Origin: Gemmatimonadota bacterium
Lineage (GTDB): Bacteria; Gemmatimonadota; Gemmatimonadetes; Palauibacterales; Palauibacteraceae
Length of the DNA: 64,000 nucleotides
Direction: 5' to 3'
Assembly (NCBI GenBank): GCA_965116475.1
Contig: OZ220691.1
Coordinates: 1,248,001-1,312,000 of the forward strand
Positions 47,514-55,507 of the stretch are shown one piece after another; the stretch's first letter is position 1, and every line of letters starts with the position of its first letter. The notes beneath the pieces are model-generated. The model was not told the origin of the DNA. It saw only the letters and a list, made by a program, of their open reading frames with translations, and searched no databases. The position numbers were made by a program, and so were the translations under genes.

Positions 47514-48584
47514 ATGGCGACGATCACCACGAGATTCCCCCTCAGACACGTCGAGCGTTCGCGGCTCGAATCCGTCGACTTCGACAACCTTCCGTTCGGC
47601 TCGATCTGGTCGGACCACATGTTCGTGGCCGACAACATCGACGGCGAGTGGACGGACGCGGAGATCCGGCCCTACGGCCCGATGCCGATCTACCCGAGTT
47701 CGAAAGGGCTCCAGTACGCCGTCTCGATGTTCGAGGGGTTCAAGGCGCACATGACGCCCGAGGGCGACCTCGCGGTCTTCCGGCCGGACATGAACCAGAA
47801 GCGGTTCAACCGCACGGCGGCCCGGTTCGTGATGCCGGAGCTCCCGAAGGAGCTGTTCCTCGACGCATTGCGGGAGCTGCTCGACGTGGACCGCGGCTGG
47901 CTTCCCACCGCCGAGCAGGGTGCGCTCTACATCCGCCCGAGCTACTTCAGCACGGATCCGACGCTCAGCGTCGTGTCGGGCCGCTCGTTCCGGTTCGTCC
48001 TGATGACGGCGCCCGTCGGACTCTACTTCACCGGATCGGAGACGGTGAGCCTCGTGGCGACGCGCAAGTTCGTGCGGGCCTTCCCCGGCGGTACCGGCGG
48101 CCACAAGCCCGCGGCCAACTACGGGCCGACGATGCTCGCCTCGCAGCAGGCGCAGGCGCAGGGGTACGACAACGTGATCTGGCTCGACGGCCACGAGGGC
48201 CGGTACGTCGAGGAGTGCGGGGTCATGAACATGTGGTTCGTCATCGACGGGACCGCGATCACGCCTCCACTCGAGGGGACGATCCTTCCGGGCGTCACGC
48301 GCGACTCGCTGATCCGGCTGTGCGCGGACTTCGGGGTGCCGTGCGAGGAGCGCCGCATTTCGGTGGACGAACTCCTCGAGGCGCACGCCGCCGGCACGCT
48401 GAACGAAGCGTTCGGCTCGGGCACGGCCGCCACGGTCCAGCCCATCGACCGCCTCGGCCTCGACGGGACGGACGTTCTGCTTCCGCAGCGGCCCGACTCG
48501 CTGGCGGCGCGGCTCAAGGCGGAACTCCACGGGATCCAGACCGGGCGGATCGCGGATCGCCACGGCTGGCTCTGGCGACCCTAG
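47514..48584 (+). CDS. ilvE: Branched-chain amino acid aminotransferase
   Basis: SDHM, LQYAxxMFEGFKA, LYIRP, KPAANY, EECGVMN, ILPGVTR and SGTAA. Confidence 0.93.
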   Translation: MATITTRFPLRHVERSRLESVDFDNLPFGSIWSDHMFVADNIDGEWTDAEIRPYGPMPIYPSSKGLQYAVSMFEGFKAHMTPEGDLAVFRPDMNQKRFNRTAARFVMPELPKELFLDALRELLDVDRGWLPTAEQGALYIRPSYFSTDPTLSVVSGRSFRFVLMTAPVGLYFTGSETVSLVATRKFVRAFPGGTGGHKPAANYGPTMLASQQAQAQGYDNVIWLDGHEGRYVEECGVMNMWFVIDGTAITPPLEGTILPGVTRDSLIRLCADFGVPCEERRISVDELLEAHAAGTLNEAFGSGTAATVQPIDRLGLDGTDVLLPQRPDSLAARLKAELHGIQTGRIADRHGWLWRP

Positions 48585-48609
48585 CACTCCTGGAGGAGGT
48601 GTCGTAAGC

Positions 48610-49779
48610 GTGTCTTCGGATCCGCCGTTCAAGGCCACGCTCGGGATCAGGCCCGCGTCGCGCACGGACTTCATCGACGTGCGGGCGCGGCTGGCCGAGG
48701 AGTTCGGGTCCGAGTTCGCCCGGTATCCGAAAGCGCTCTACGTCTCCCACCATACGACGGCGGGATACCTCGACCAGCGCCTGGCGCAGCGGCTCGGCTA
48801 CGACCGGAAGCGGCTGCGGGAATACATCAGGGTCTTCCACGAGATCTTTCCGCCCAACGCGGGATACGAGCACGACGAACTCGAGCTGCGGACCGAACTG
48901 TCGGAGGAACAGAAGGCCACGGAGCCGGAGAACGCGGACTCGCACCTGACCTTCATCGGCGCCGGGCTCCAGAGCGCCACCTCGTACGACAACGAAGAGG
49001 GTCGACCCGTCTGGTTCGTCGATCTCGACGGCGTTCACCGGGGCGGGACGCGCGACCGGCGGACGACGGTCGTCGGATACGGTTCGGAGGAAGTCGTGGC
49101 CCGAACGCAGTTGAGCGTCAAAGCCTCGCCGCGGGCCATCGCCGCCATCGACCTTCGGGAACCCGAGGCCGGCTTCGTGGACCGGCTGCAGGACCTGGTG
49201 GAGGAACACGGGATCTCCTTCGGGCGGCTCGATGTCTCGCTCGTGCCGGAGGAAGCCAACGCCAGCCTGACGGTCAACGAGTACGAGCCCCTGCTGATGA
49301 CGCGCGACCTCCGCGGCGCGCTCCTCAGCCCGCTGCGCTTCATGGCCGACCAGGGCCGCGAGATCCTGCGGACGCCGCTGTCGCTCCCGGGGAAGGCGCT
49401 ACGGCTGCCGGGGAAAGCGCTGCGCCTGTCCGGGAGAGCGCTCAACGTCGCGAAGATGGGCACGACCGTGCTGCGCACCTCGCCCGGACCCGTCATCGAC
49501 ACCGCCACGGTGGAGGCCGTCCACATCATGAACCGCGTCCTGGAACGGATCGGCGTGGACGAATCCGTGATCGCCCGGGTGCTGAACCGGGCGCTGGCGC
49601 TCCCGGTGCGCCGCTTCCACGGCCTGAGGCGGGAGATCAGCCTGCCCGTGATCGACCGTGACGGGGACGGAAACGGCGAGATCCCGTGGGGAACCTACCA
49701 GAGCCCCATCCTCATCCAGTGGAGAGCCCCGACCGAACCGACCCGCGAGCTGGACGTGAAGCTGGTCCGCTTCGCCTAG
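48610..49779 (+). CDS. Protein with two tandem YjbQ/UPF0047-like domains
   Basis: Domain 1: FIDV, HTTAG, PPxAGYEHD, NADSHL, VDLDG. Domain 2: ASLTVNEYEP, SLPVID, GTYQS. Confidence 0.7.
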   Translation: MSSDPPFKATLGIRPASRTDFIDVRARLAEEFGSEFARYPKALYVSHHTTAGYLDQRLAQRLGYDRKRLREYIRVFHEIFPPNAGYEHDELELRTELSEEQKATEPENADSHLTFIGAGLQSATSYDNEEGRPVWFVDLDGVHRGGTRDRRTTVVGYGSEEVVARTQLSVKASPRAIAAIDLREPEAGFVDRLQDLVEEHGISFGRLDVSLVPEEANASLTVNEYEPLLMTRDLRGALLSPLRFMADQGREILRTPLSLPGKALRLPGKALRLSGRALNVAKMGTTVLRTSPGPVIDTATVEAVHIMNRVLERIGVDESVIARVLNRALALPVRRFHGLRREISLPVIDRDGDGNGEIPWGTYQSPILIQWRAPTEPTRELDVKLVRFA

Positions 49780-49827
49780 CAGCCAGGAGCGGCGCGCGGC
49801 GAAGTCCGCCGCAACCCCGCGGGCGTG

Positions 49828-50319
49828 TCAGGCCGGGCCGACGGCGGGATCCTGAAGGGGGACTCCGAACACCCTGTCCTCGAGGCGGGCCACGCGATCG
49901 GTCTGCCGGCCCTCGACCGCGCGGAACTCAGTTCGCACTTCCACGATTTCGCCCCGCAGTTCGTCGCGCACACCGCGTATCTCGCCCCGAAGCTCATCGC
50001 GCACGCCGTGAATCTCGCCCCGAAGTTCATCGCGCACGCTGCTTATCTCGGCTCGCAGCTCATCGCGCACGCCGCGGATCTCACCTCGGAGCCGTGCCTC
50101 GAGGCCCTTCATCTCGCCCCGGAGCCCTGTCTCGAGGCCCTTCATCTCGCCTCGCAGCCCTGTCTCGAGGCTCTTCATCTCGCCTCGGAGCCCTGTCTCG
50201 AGGCTGTTCATCTCGCCGCTGAGCTTGCGGATGGCGGCGTAGGTGAGACCGCCGACCGCTGCGCCCACGCTGATGATGGTCAGCATCAGAGTGATGATTC
50301 CGGCCACGTCCAATCCCAT
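49828..50319 (-). CDS. Membrane-anchored coiled-coil protein with 11-residue repeats; paralogue of 5670-6095
   Basis: MGLDV start, TM helix, 8-9 LRGExxxxxxx repeats, C-terminal VARLE. Confidence 0.8.
   Translation of the reverse strand: MGLDVAGIITLMLTIISVGAAVGGLTYAAIRKLSGEMNSLETGLRGEMKSLETGLRGEMKGLETGLRGEMKGLEARLRGEIRGVRDELRAEISSVRDELRGEIHGVRDELRGEIRGVRDELRGEIVEVRTEFRAVEGRQTDRVARLEDRVFGVPLQDPAVGPA
49945..50220. repeat. 33-nt tandem repeat array within the coiled-coil gene
   Basis: Near-identical units such as TTCATCTCGCCYCGSAGCCCTGTCTCGAGGCYC, then a second sub-type encoding LRGEIxGVRDE. Confidence 0.85.
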
Positions 50320-50403
50320 GGTTCGGGCTCCCCGTCGAGGTTTCCGTACAGCGGCGACGCGACGGCCGCGTGCCGTTTCCGTACCAACCTCCGGGTATGG
50401 ATC

Positions 50404-50432
50404 AATGTGGGATCAAACGGGCGTCGCCTCAA
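50404..50432 (-). promoter_or_regulatory. Putative promoter TTGAGG-N17-CACATT of the coiled-coil gene
   Basis: Homologous to 6181-6209. Confidence 0.5.
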
Positions 50433-50469
50433 CCGGAAACCGAGCGACGCCGGGGTTCAGCGGCTGTGG

Positions 50470-51249
50470 TCAGACGAGGGAGCGTCCCTGGGAGCCGTCC
50501 ACGGCGATGCAGGCACCGGTGATCAGGCTGGCGCGCTCGGAGGCCAGGAACGTCACGACGTCCGCCACCTCATCGGCCCGCCCGAAACGTCCCAGCGGCA
50601 GATTCGCGTCGACGAACTTCCGCATCCCCTCCGGGTCCGACTTCACGCGCTTGTCCCAGCTCCCGCCGGGGAACTGGATCGAGCCGGGCGCGACGCAGTT
50701 CACGCGGATGCCGTCCTCGGCGAGTTCGAGCGCCATGATCCCGGCAGCCGAAATCAGCGCCGTCTTCGTCGTGTTGTAGATCGACAGCCCCGGCCCGCCC
50801 TTCTCCCGCCCGAAAACCGACGACACGAAGACGATCGACCCGCCGCCCCCCGCCCGCATGTGGGGGATCGCCAGCCGGCTGGCCCGGAAGCCCGACAGGA
50901 CGTTGAGTTGGAGGATGTCCAGCCAGTCCCGGTCGCTCGTCTCCTCGAACTTCCCCCGACGGTTGCCCCCGACGTTGTTCACGAGGACGTCCAGCGCCCC
51001 GTAGCGGTCGACCGCCGCGTCGACGAGCTGCGCGGCACCGCCTTCCTCGGCGACGTCACAGGCCACGGTGAGGACGTCCGCGACGCCGTCGGCCCGCAGC
51101 GACTCGGCCGCTTCTTCGAGCGGCTCCCGGTTGCGCGCACACAGCGCCAGCCGCGCGCCTTCCGCCCCCAGCGCCCGCGCGATGTAGAGGCCGATCCCCC
51201 GGCTCCCGCCGGTGACGACCGCAACCTTCCCCTTCAGCATGAGATCCAT
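50470..51249 (-). CDS. SDR-family oxidoreductase
   Basis: TGGSRGIG, NNVGG, YNTTK and VAPG. Confidence 0.93.
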   Translation of the reverse strand: MDLMLKGKVAVVTGGSRGIGLYIARALGAEGARLALCARNREPLEEAAESLRADGVADVLTVACDVAEEGGAAQLVDAAVDRYGALDVLVNNVGGNRRGKFEETSDRDWLDILQLNVLSGFRASRLAIPHMRAGGGGSIVFVSSVFGREKGGPGLSIYNTTKTALISAAGIMALELAEDGIRVNCVAPGSIQFPGGSWDKRVKSDPEGMRKFVDANLPLGRFGRADEVADVVTFLASERASLITGACIAVDGSQGRSLV

Positions 51250-51414
51250 GCGCGAGACTCTACCGGACGTCCCGCCCCTCCGCCAGCCCGCCTGAGTTCA
51301 TGAAGATGTGGTCGGTGGGGAGCGCCGTGGGTATCCGCTATCTTCCATCCCGATCCCGGATCGGACGCTGCCGAAGTCGCTTTATTCTCGGAACTATGCA
51401 CGGAAAGGCGCAAA

Positions 51415-52626
51415 ATGTACGGAAACCTCGTTCAGTTGAACGAAGACCTCACGGCGAAAGCCACTTGGCAGCACGTCCCCCTTGGATCTACCGGGGGCGA
51501 AGGTCCGATCGACGAGGGCCGCCTGCAGGAAATCCTGTTCCGGCACGCCGACATCCTGCCGCTCGGTGAGATCGACCCGGCATATGACGACCCGATTCCG
51601 GTCTGCATGGAACTCGGCACGCGGGCCGGGTGGGCCGACGCTTTGTACCTGACGCCGTCCGGAAGAATCATTCTTGCGGAGTTCAAGCTCTGGAAGAACC
51701 CGGGTGCGCGCAGGGAAGTAATAGGCCAGATCCTCGACTACGCCCGCGCCCTCGCGTCGTGGGGTTACGACGACTTGGAACGGGAGGTCAGGAACCGAAC
51801 CAAACGGTCGCCATTCGAGATCGTTGCCGCAGCGCGCGGCGACGTCCACGAGCACGTCTTCGTCGATAACGTCGCTCGCCGGCTGAAACGCGGCGAATTC
51901 CTGCTCCTGATCATCGGCGACGGCATCCGCGAGGGAGTCGAGGACATCGTGTCCTACGTGCAGGAACACAGCGGCCTCCGGTTCAATCTCGCACTCGTCG
52001 AAGCCGCCGTCTTTCGCCGTGCGGATCAAGGAGAACTGATCATCCAGCCGCGCGTCCTGGCGCGGACCGAACTCCTGCCTCGCACGGTTCTCGTTCGCGG
52101 GACGATTCGCGAAGATGCCGACGACGACCCGATTGAAGAGCACGAGTCATCGCCGAGAGAGGATGAGAACGAACGATTCTGGACGGCGGTGTTGAGGGAC
52201 TTCGCCTTTGACGATCCCGCACCCGAGGTGCCGCGACCTTCCAGAGACCCGGGAGTCTGGGTCACGGTTGAAGGATCCGGGTTCGGGGGCTGGGGCATCT
52301 CGTTTGGCGCCCACCTGAAACGCAATCAAACCAGCATCGCATGTTACCTGACATGGCGAGCAGGCTTCCCGGAATGCGAGCGGGTCTACGATGAGATCGT
52401 CAGCGCCGTGAGCGAAGACGACGAACTTCGACGCGGGCTCGTTGGGTTGACGCGGTGGTCAACCTCCACCGGACGGCCGCGGCTTGGGTTTCAACGCGAC
52501 ACGGAGTTCGTGGAGGAAACGATTCGCGACTTCGACGAAGCCGTCGAGTGGATGCGCGAGCACTTCAATCGCTTGGTGTCCGCGCTGCATCCTGAGTGTC
52601 GGCGCCGGCTACGCCGGGGTCGCTAA
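51415..52626 (+). CDS. PD-(D/E)xK endonuclease (NucS/Mrr-like) with possible DUF4268-like C-terminal domain
   Basis: ExxLQE, ADALY...AEFK and REVIGQILDY; less GC3-biased codons. Confidence 0.75.
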   Translation: MYGNLVQLNEDLTAKATWQHVPLGSTGGEGPIDEGRLQEILFRHADILPLGEIDPAYDDPIPVCMELGTRAGWADALYLTPSGRIILAEFKLWKNPGARREVIGQILDYARALASWGYDDLEREVRNRTKRSPFEIVAAARGDVHEHVFVDNVARRLKRGEFLLLIIGDGIREGVEDIVSYVQEHSGLRFNLALVEAAVFRRADQGELIIQPRVLARTELLPRTVLVRGTIREDADDDPIEEHESSPREDENERFWTAVLRDFAFDDPAPEVPRPSRDPGVWVTVEGSGFGGWGISFGAHLKRNQTSIACYLTWRAGFPECERVYDEIVSAVSEDDELRRGLVGLTRWSTSTGRPRLGFQRDTEFVEETIRDFDEAVEWMREHFNRLVSALHPECRRRLRRGR

Positions 52627-52838
52627 TCACTTGGTCGACGCTGCTCCATCATTTTAGCTACGCGGTTGAGCACTTCGGACGACTCCGGGATCCGTTCGCG
52701 GCTCAACCCGAAGTAGTGTTCCATGAATCGGTCGTCGAGCTCTTCGTAGACAAACCGCACGAGATCTCTGGGTAGCGGCTGTTCCGCGGAGGGGTCGCCG
52801 CGGCTGCAATCGGGCAGGCGGTACTTTTTCTTCTTCAT
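52623..52838 (-). CDS. Small hypothetical protein (71 aa)
   Basis: GAGG directly before ATG; lower GC; fills the gap between the nuclease and the amidohydrolase. Confidence 0.4.
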   Translation of the reverse strand: MKKKKYRLPDCSRGDPSAEQPLPRDLVRFVYEELDDRFMEHYFGLSRERIPESSEVLNRVAKMMEQRRPSD

Positions 52839-52874
52839 CCTCGAATACTACGCGGTCGAGCCTGCCCCCGCGCG

Positions 52875-54390
52875 CTAGCGGACGAACATGACGGGGCTTG
52901 TGGGGAGGGCGTCGACGTCGATCACCTCTCCTTCCTTCATCACCATCGTTTGCAGGCGGATGTTGCGGATGTCGTCCAGGGTTGGCGTCGAGGAGGACGA
53001 GGTCCGCGAACTTGCCGGCCTCGATCGTGCCGAAGTCATCGAGGCCGCGGGCGGCGAAGGCGCCGTTGCGGGTGCCGGCCACGATCGCCTCGGACGGGGT
53101 CATGCCGAGTTCGACGAGGCCTTCGATCGCCATCAGGGTGCCGATCCCCGGCTCCTGCCAGATCGGCTTCGGCTCGCGCAGGAACTGGATGTCGGCGGCG
53201 GGGAAGTTATCCGTGCCCAGCGTGACGATGCAGCCCGCGTCGATGAGGCTCTTCGCGTTCTGGCGGCGCATGGCGTTGCCGTGGCCCAGGGCGTTGCGCT
53301 CACGGCGCAGCTCGAACGACGTCTTCTCCCGCTCGACGGGCCGGCGCAGGCGCCCCCATTCGGCGGACTTCCCCTCGCTCGCGAGACGTTGTTCGGCGGC
53401 CGCGACATCCGCCAGGTGCTGCTCCCATGCGGCGCCCGTGATCGTATTCACGAGCATCGAGCAGATCACGCCGCGTTCACGGATCTGCGTCAGCAGTTCT
53501 TCCGAATAGGGACGGCCGGCCAGGACTTCGGGGTGCTGGATGAGGTCGATGCCCGCTTCGACGGCGAGTCGCAGGCTTTCCGGGTTGGTGGCGTGCGTTT
53601 CGGCAACGAGCCCGCGCCGGTGGGTCTCCTCCACGATCACCCTCTGTGCCTCGGGAGAGAAGCCGATCATGGTCGGATAGGACCAGTGGCTGCTCCCCCC
53701 GTATTTCACGAAGTCCACGCCCTTGTCGAGATAGTCGTTGATCGCGACGCGGAGTTCCTCGGGGTACATGTCCATGAGGTCCTCGCCGGCGCCCTGCGCG
53801 AGGTGGTCGGAGAATTGCTCCTCCCACAGGGACAGGTCCGAGTCGGCAATCAGCGAGAACGTGACGGAGAAGGCCCCGCCCCAGCCGACGATGTTGCCGG
53901 CGACCTGCATCCGCGGGCCGATCTCGCGTCCCTCCGCGATGGCGTCGCGCACCTCGATGAGTTGCGGGAGCTGGCCGTAGCTGTCGCGGAGGTGGGTCAC
54001 GCCGTGCTTCAGGTGCATCTGCGCGGCTTCGAGAGCGATCTCCGCCCCGCGCTCCCAGTAGAAGACCGCGTTCTCCTTCCGGTGCTTCCCGAAGCCGGCG
54101 CCGTACAGGCTCGTGTGCACGTTCGTGTCGACGAAGCCGGGCGTGAGGAACTTCCCCGCCCCGTCGATGACCCGCGCTCCGTCGGGCACCGCGACCGAAG
54201 CGCTTGGCCCCACAGCGACGATGCGGGCGCCTTCCACCAAGACGGTGGCGTCGGGCATGGGTTCGCCCCCGTTCCCGTCGATGACCGTAGCCCCAACGAT
54301 GGCCACGGTCTCCTGCGCGACACCCGGCAACGGCGGCACGCAAACTGCTAACGCGACAGCAAGTAGAGGGACGGATCGGCGAGTCAGCAT
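52875..54390 (-). pseudogene. Amidohydrolase paralogue of 45725-47260, frameshifted near 52980 (real lesion or sequencing error)
   Basis: High similarity to the paralogue up to LDAN; the homologous tail LDDIRNIRLQTMVMKEGEVIDVDALPTSPVMFVR* continues in another frame to TAG at 52875. Confidence 0.8.
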
Positions 54391-54409
54391 GGTGCGCCTC
54401 CCACTTCGA

Positions 54410-54796
54410 TCAGGCGTCGAACAACTCCTCGCAGAGGTCCCGGATCCTGTGGATGGTGAACGGGGACCGAAGCAGGCCGTCGCGAACCTCGTCGAGGAGT
54501 GTCTCGCTCATGTCCTGTCGGAGATGGCACTCACCCCTTTGCATGGCATCGAGGAGCTTGTCGACTTGAAACAAATCCGCAGTCGAGTAATGAACTGCGG
54601 TTGCGTGACGAATGAAGGGATGGTCTCCCGGCTGCAGGACGACCGTATCATCGGTGAATTCCGTTGCGGTTCGCAGCATGACCGCTACTACCTCCCGTCC
54701 GCTACGGATTGGATCGGTCAGTACGAAGTAGAGATGGAATCCGTCGACCGCCGGGGCCCGGTACAGGATGGCTCGACCCGCGCCGAGAACATTCAC
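54410..54796 (-). CDS. Putative toxin, PemK/MazF-like
   Basis: GTG overlaps the antitoxin TGA; HLYFVL...DxTVVLxxGDHPFIRHxTxVxY pattern; 128 aa. Confidence 0.6.
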   Translation of the reverse strand: MNVLGAGRAILYRAPAVDGFHLYFVLTDPIRSGREVVAVMLRTATEFTDDTVVLQPGDHPFIRHATAVHYSTADLFQVDKLLDAMQRGECHLRQDMSETLLDEVRDGLLRSPFTIHRIRDLCEELFDA

Positions 54797-55350
54797 GCAC
54801 CGTAGCGATCGGCGAAGGCCGATTCGGCCTCCATCGTCCGCTCGATTTCCAGAGCCGCATCCCTTGAAAATCCTTCGCTCATCAGGATGTCCTGCAGGTG
54901 GATGGGCCGCCGCGATCCCTCGGGATCCTGCCATTCCGGAAGACCGTGCGAGTAGTCGCGCAGGTCCCAGCCGCTCATCGCCCCGAACTCAGCCCAGATC
55001 CGATCGATCAACTCCTCGTCCGCCGGCGACAGGTCCGTGTTCGGGGGGGTGTCGGACCCCAGGAGCCGGACATGGTTGCCACTTCGTTCGGAGATGACGG
55101 TATGCCAATAGGACGGGCCCTCGGGCGCAACCGGTTCGTTGATCCTGTCGAGCGTCGCGCTGAGAATCGGCCCCTGAGGCAGGGAGAAGTACGTATCGAA
55201 GGTGAGCGGGCGACCCCATTTCAGCAGGGCCGTTCGATCCGTGAGGTAGAGCAGCTTGACGAGCTTGAGGACGCTCATGCGGCCGCCGCCACGGTGGAGC
55301 AGCCGGGCAGCCGCCTGCGTCGTTCTTGTCTCGTCGAACCGGAAAGTCAT
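54793..55350 (-). CDS. Panacea-domain (DUF4065/SocA-like) antitoxin
   Basis: LKLVKLLYLTDR...GRPLTFDxYxSLPQGP, LSxADxELI and LRDYSHxLPEW. Confidence 0.85.
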   Translation of the reverse strand: MTFRFDETRTTQAAARLLHRGGGRMSVLKLVKLLYLTDRTALLKWGRPLTFDTYFSLPQGPILSATLDRINEPVAPEGPSYWHTVISERSGNHVRLLGSDTPPNTDLSPADEELIDRIWAEFGAMSGWDLRDYSHGLPEWQDPEGSRRPIHLQDILMSEGFSRDAALEIERTMEAESAFADRYGA

Positions 55351-55386
55351 GCGACAAACGATGGTCGCGTGCCCTGCAAGGGGCAA
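55351..55386 (-). promoter_or_regulatory. Putative leaderless promoter TTGCCC-N17-CATCGT with overlapping inverted repeats
   Basis: -10 lies 7 nt before the ATG; palindromes GCGAC..GTCGC and TGCCC..GGGCA overlap the -10 and -35. Confidence 0.4.
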
Positions 55387-55507
55387 GCCAACCAGACGGT
55401 GAACTGGCGGCCCACGCTCCGGATGGGACGTGCGGCGGAGTGGGGTCGGATGGCACGTTGGTCATTGATCGAGACCATGGTAGTCCGTGGCAAAAACCGA
55501 GGTGCCG

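Noticed and set aside
49945..50220. 33-nt repeats as a possible CRISPR array
   Set aside because: Contiguous in-frame coding repeats with no unique spacers and no cas genes
49825..51303. 492-aa plus-strand ORF with EPCLEALHLA repeats
   Set aside because: Antisense reading of the coiled-coil repeat gene and the SDR gene
52654..52874. C-terminal extension of the 578-aa amidohydrolase ORF
   Set aside because: Product of the frameshift near 52980; the homologous tail ends at 52875 in another frame
49800..55400. Prophage, IS element or integrative element
   Set aside because: No integrase, transposase, phage genes, tRNA target or flanking direct repeats; looks like independent small insertions
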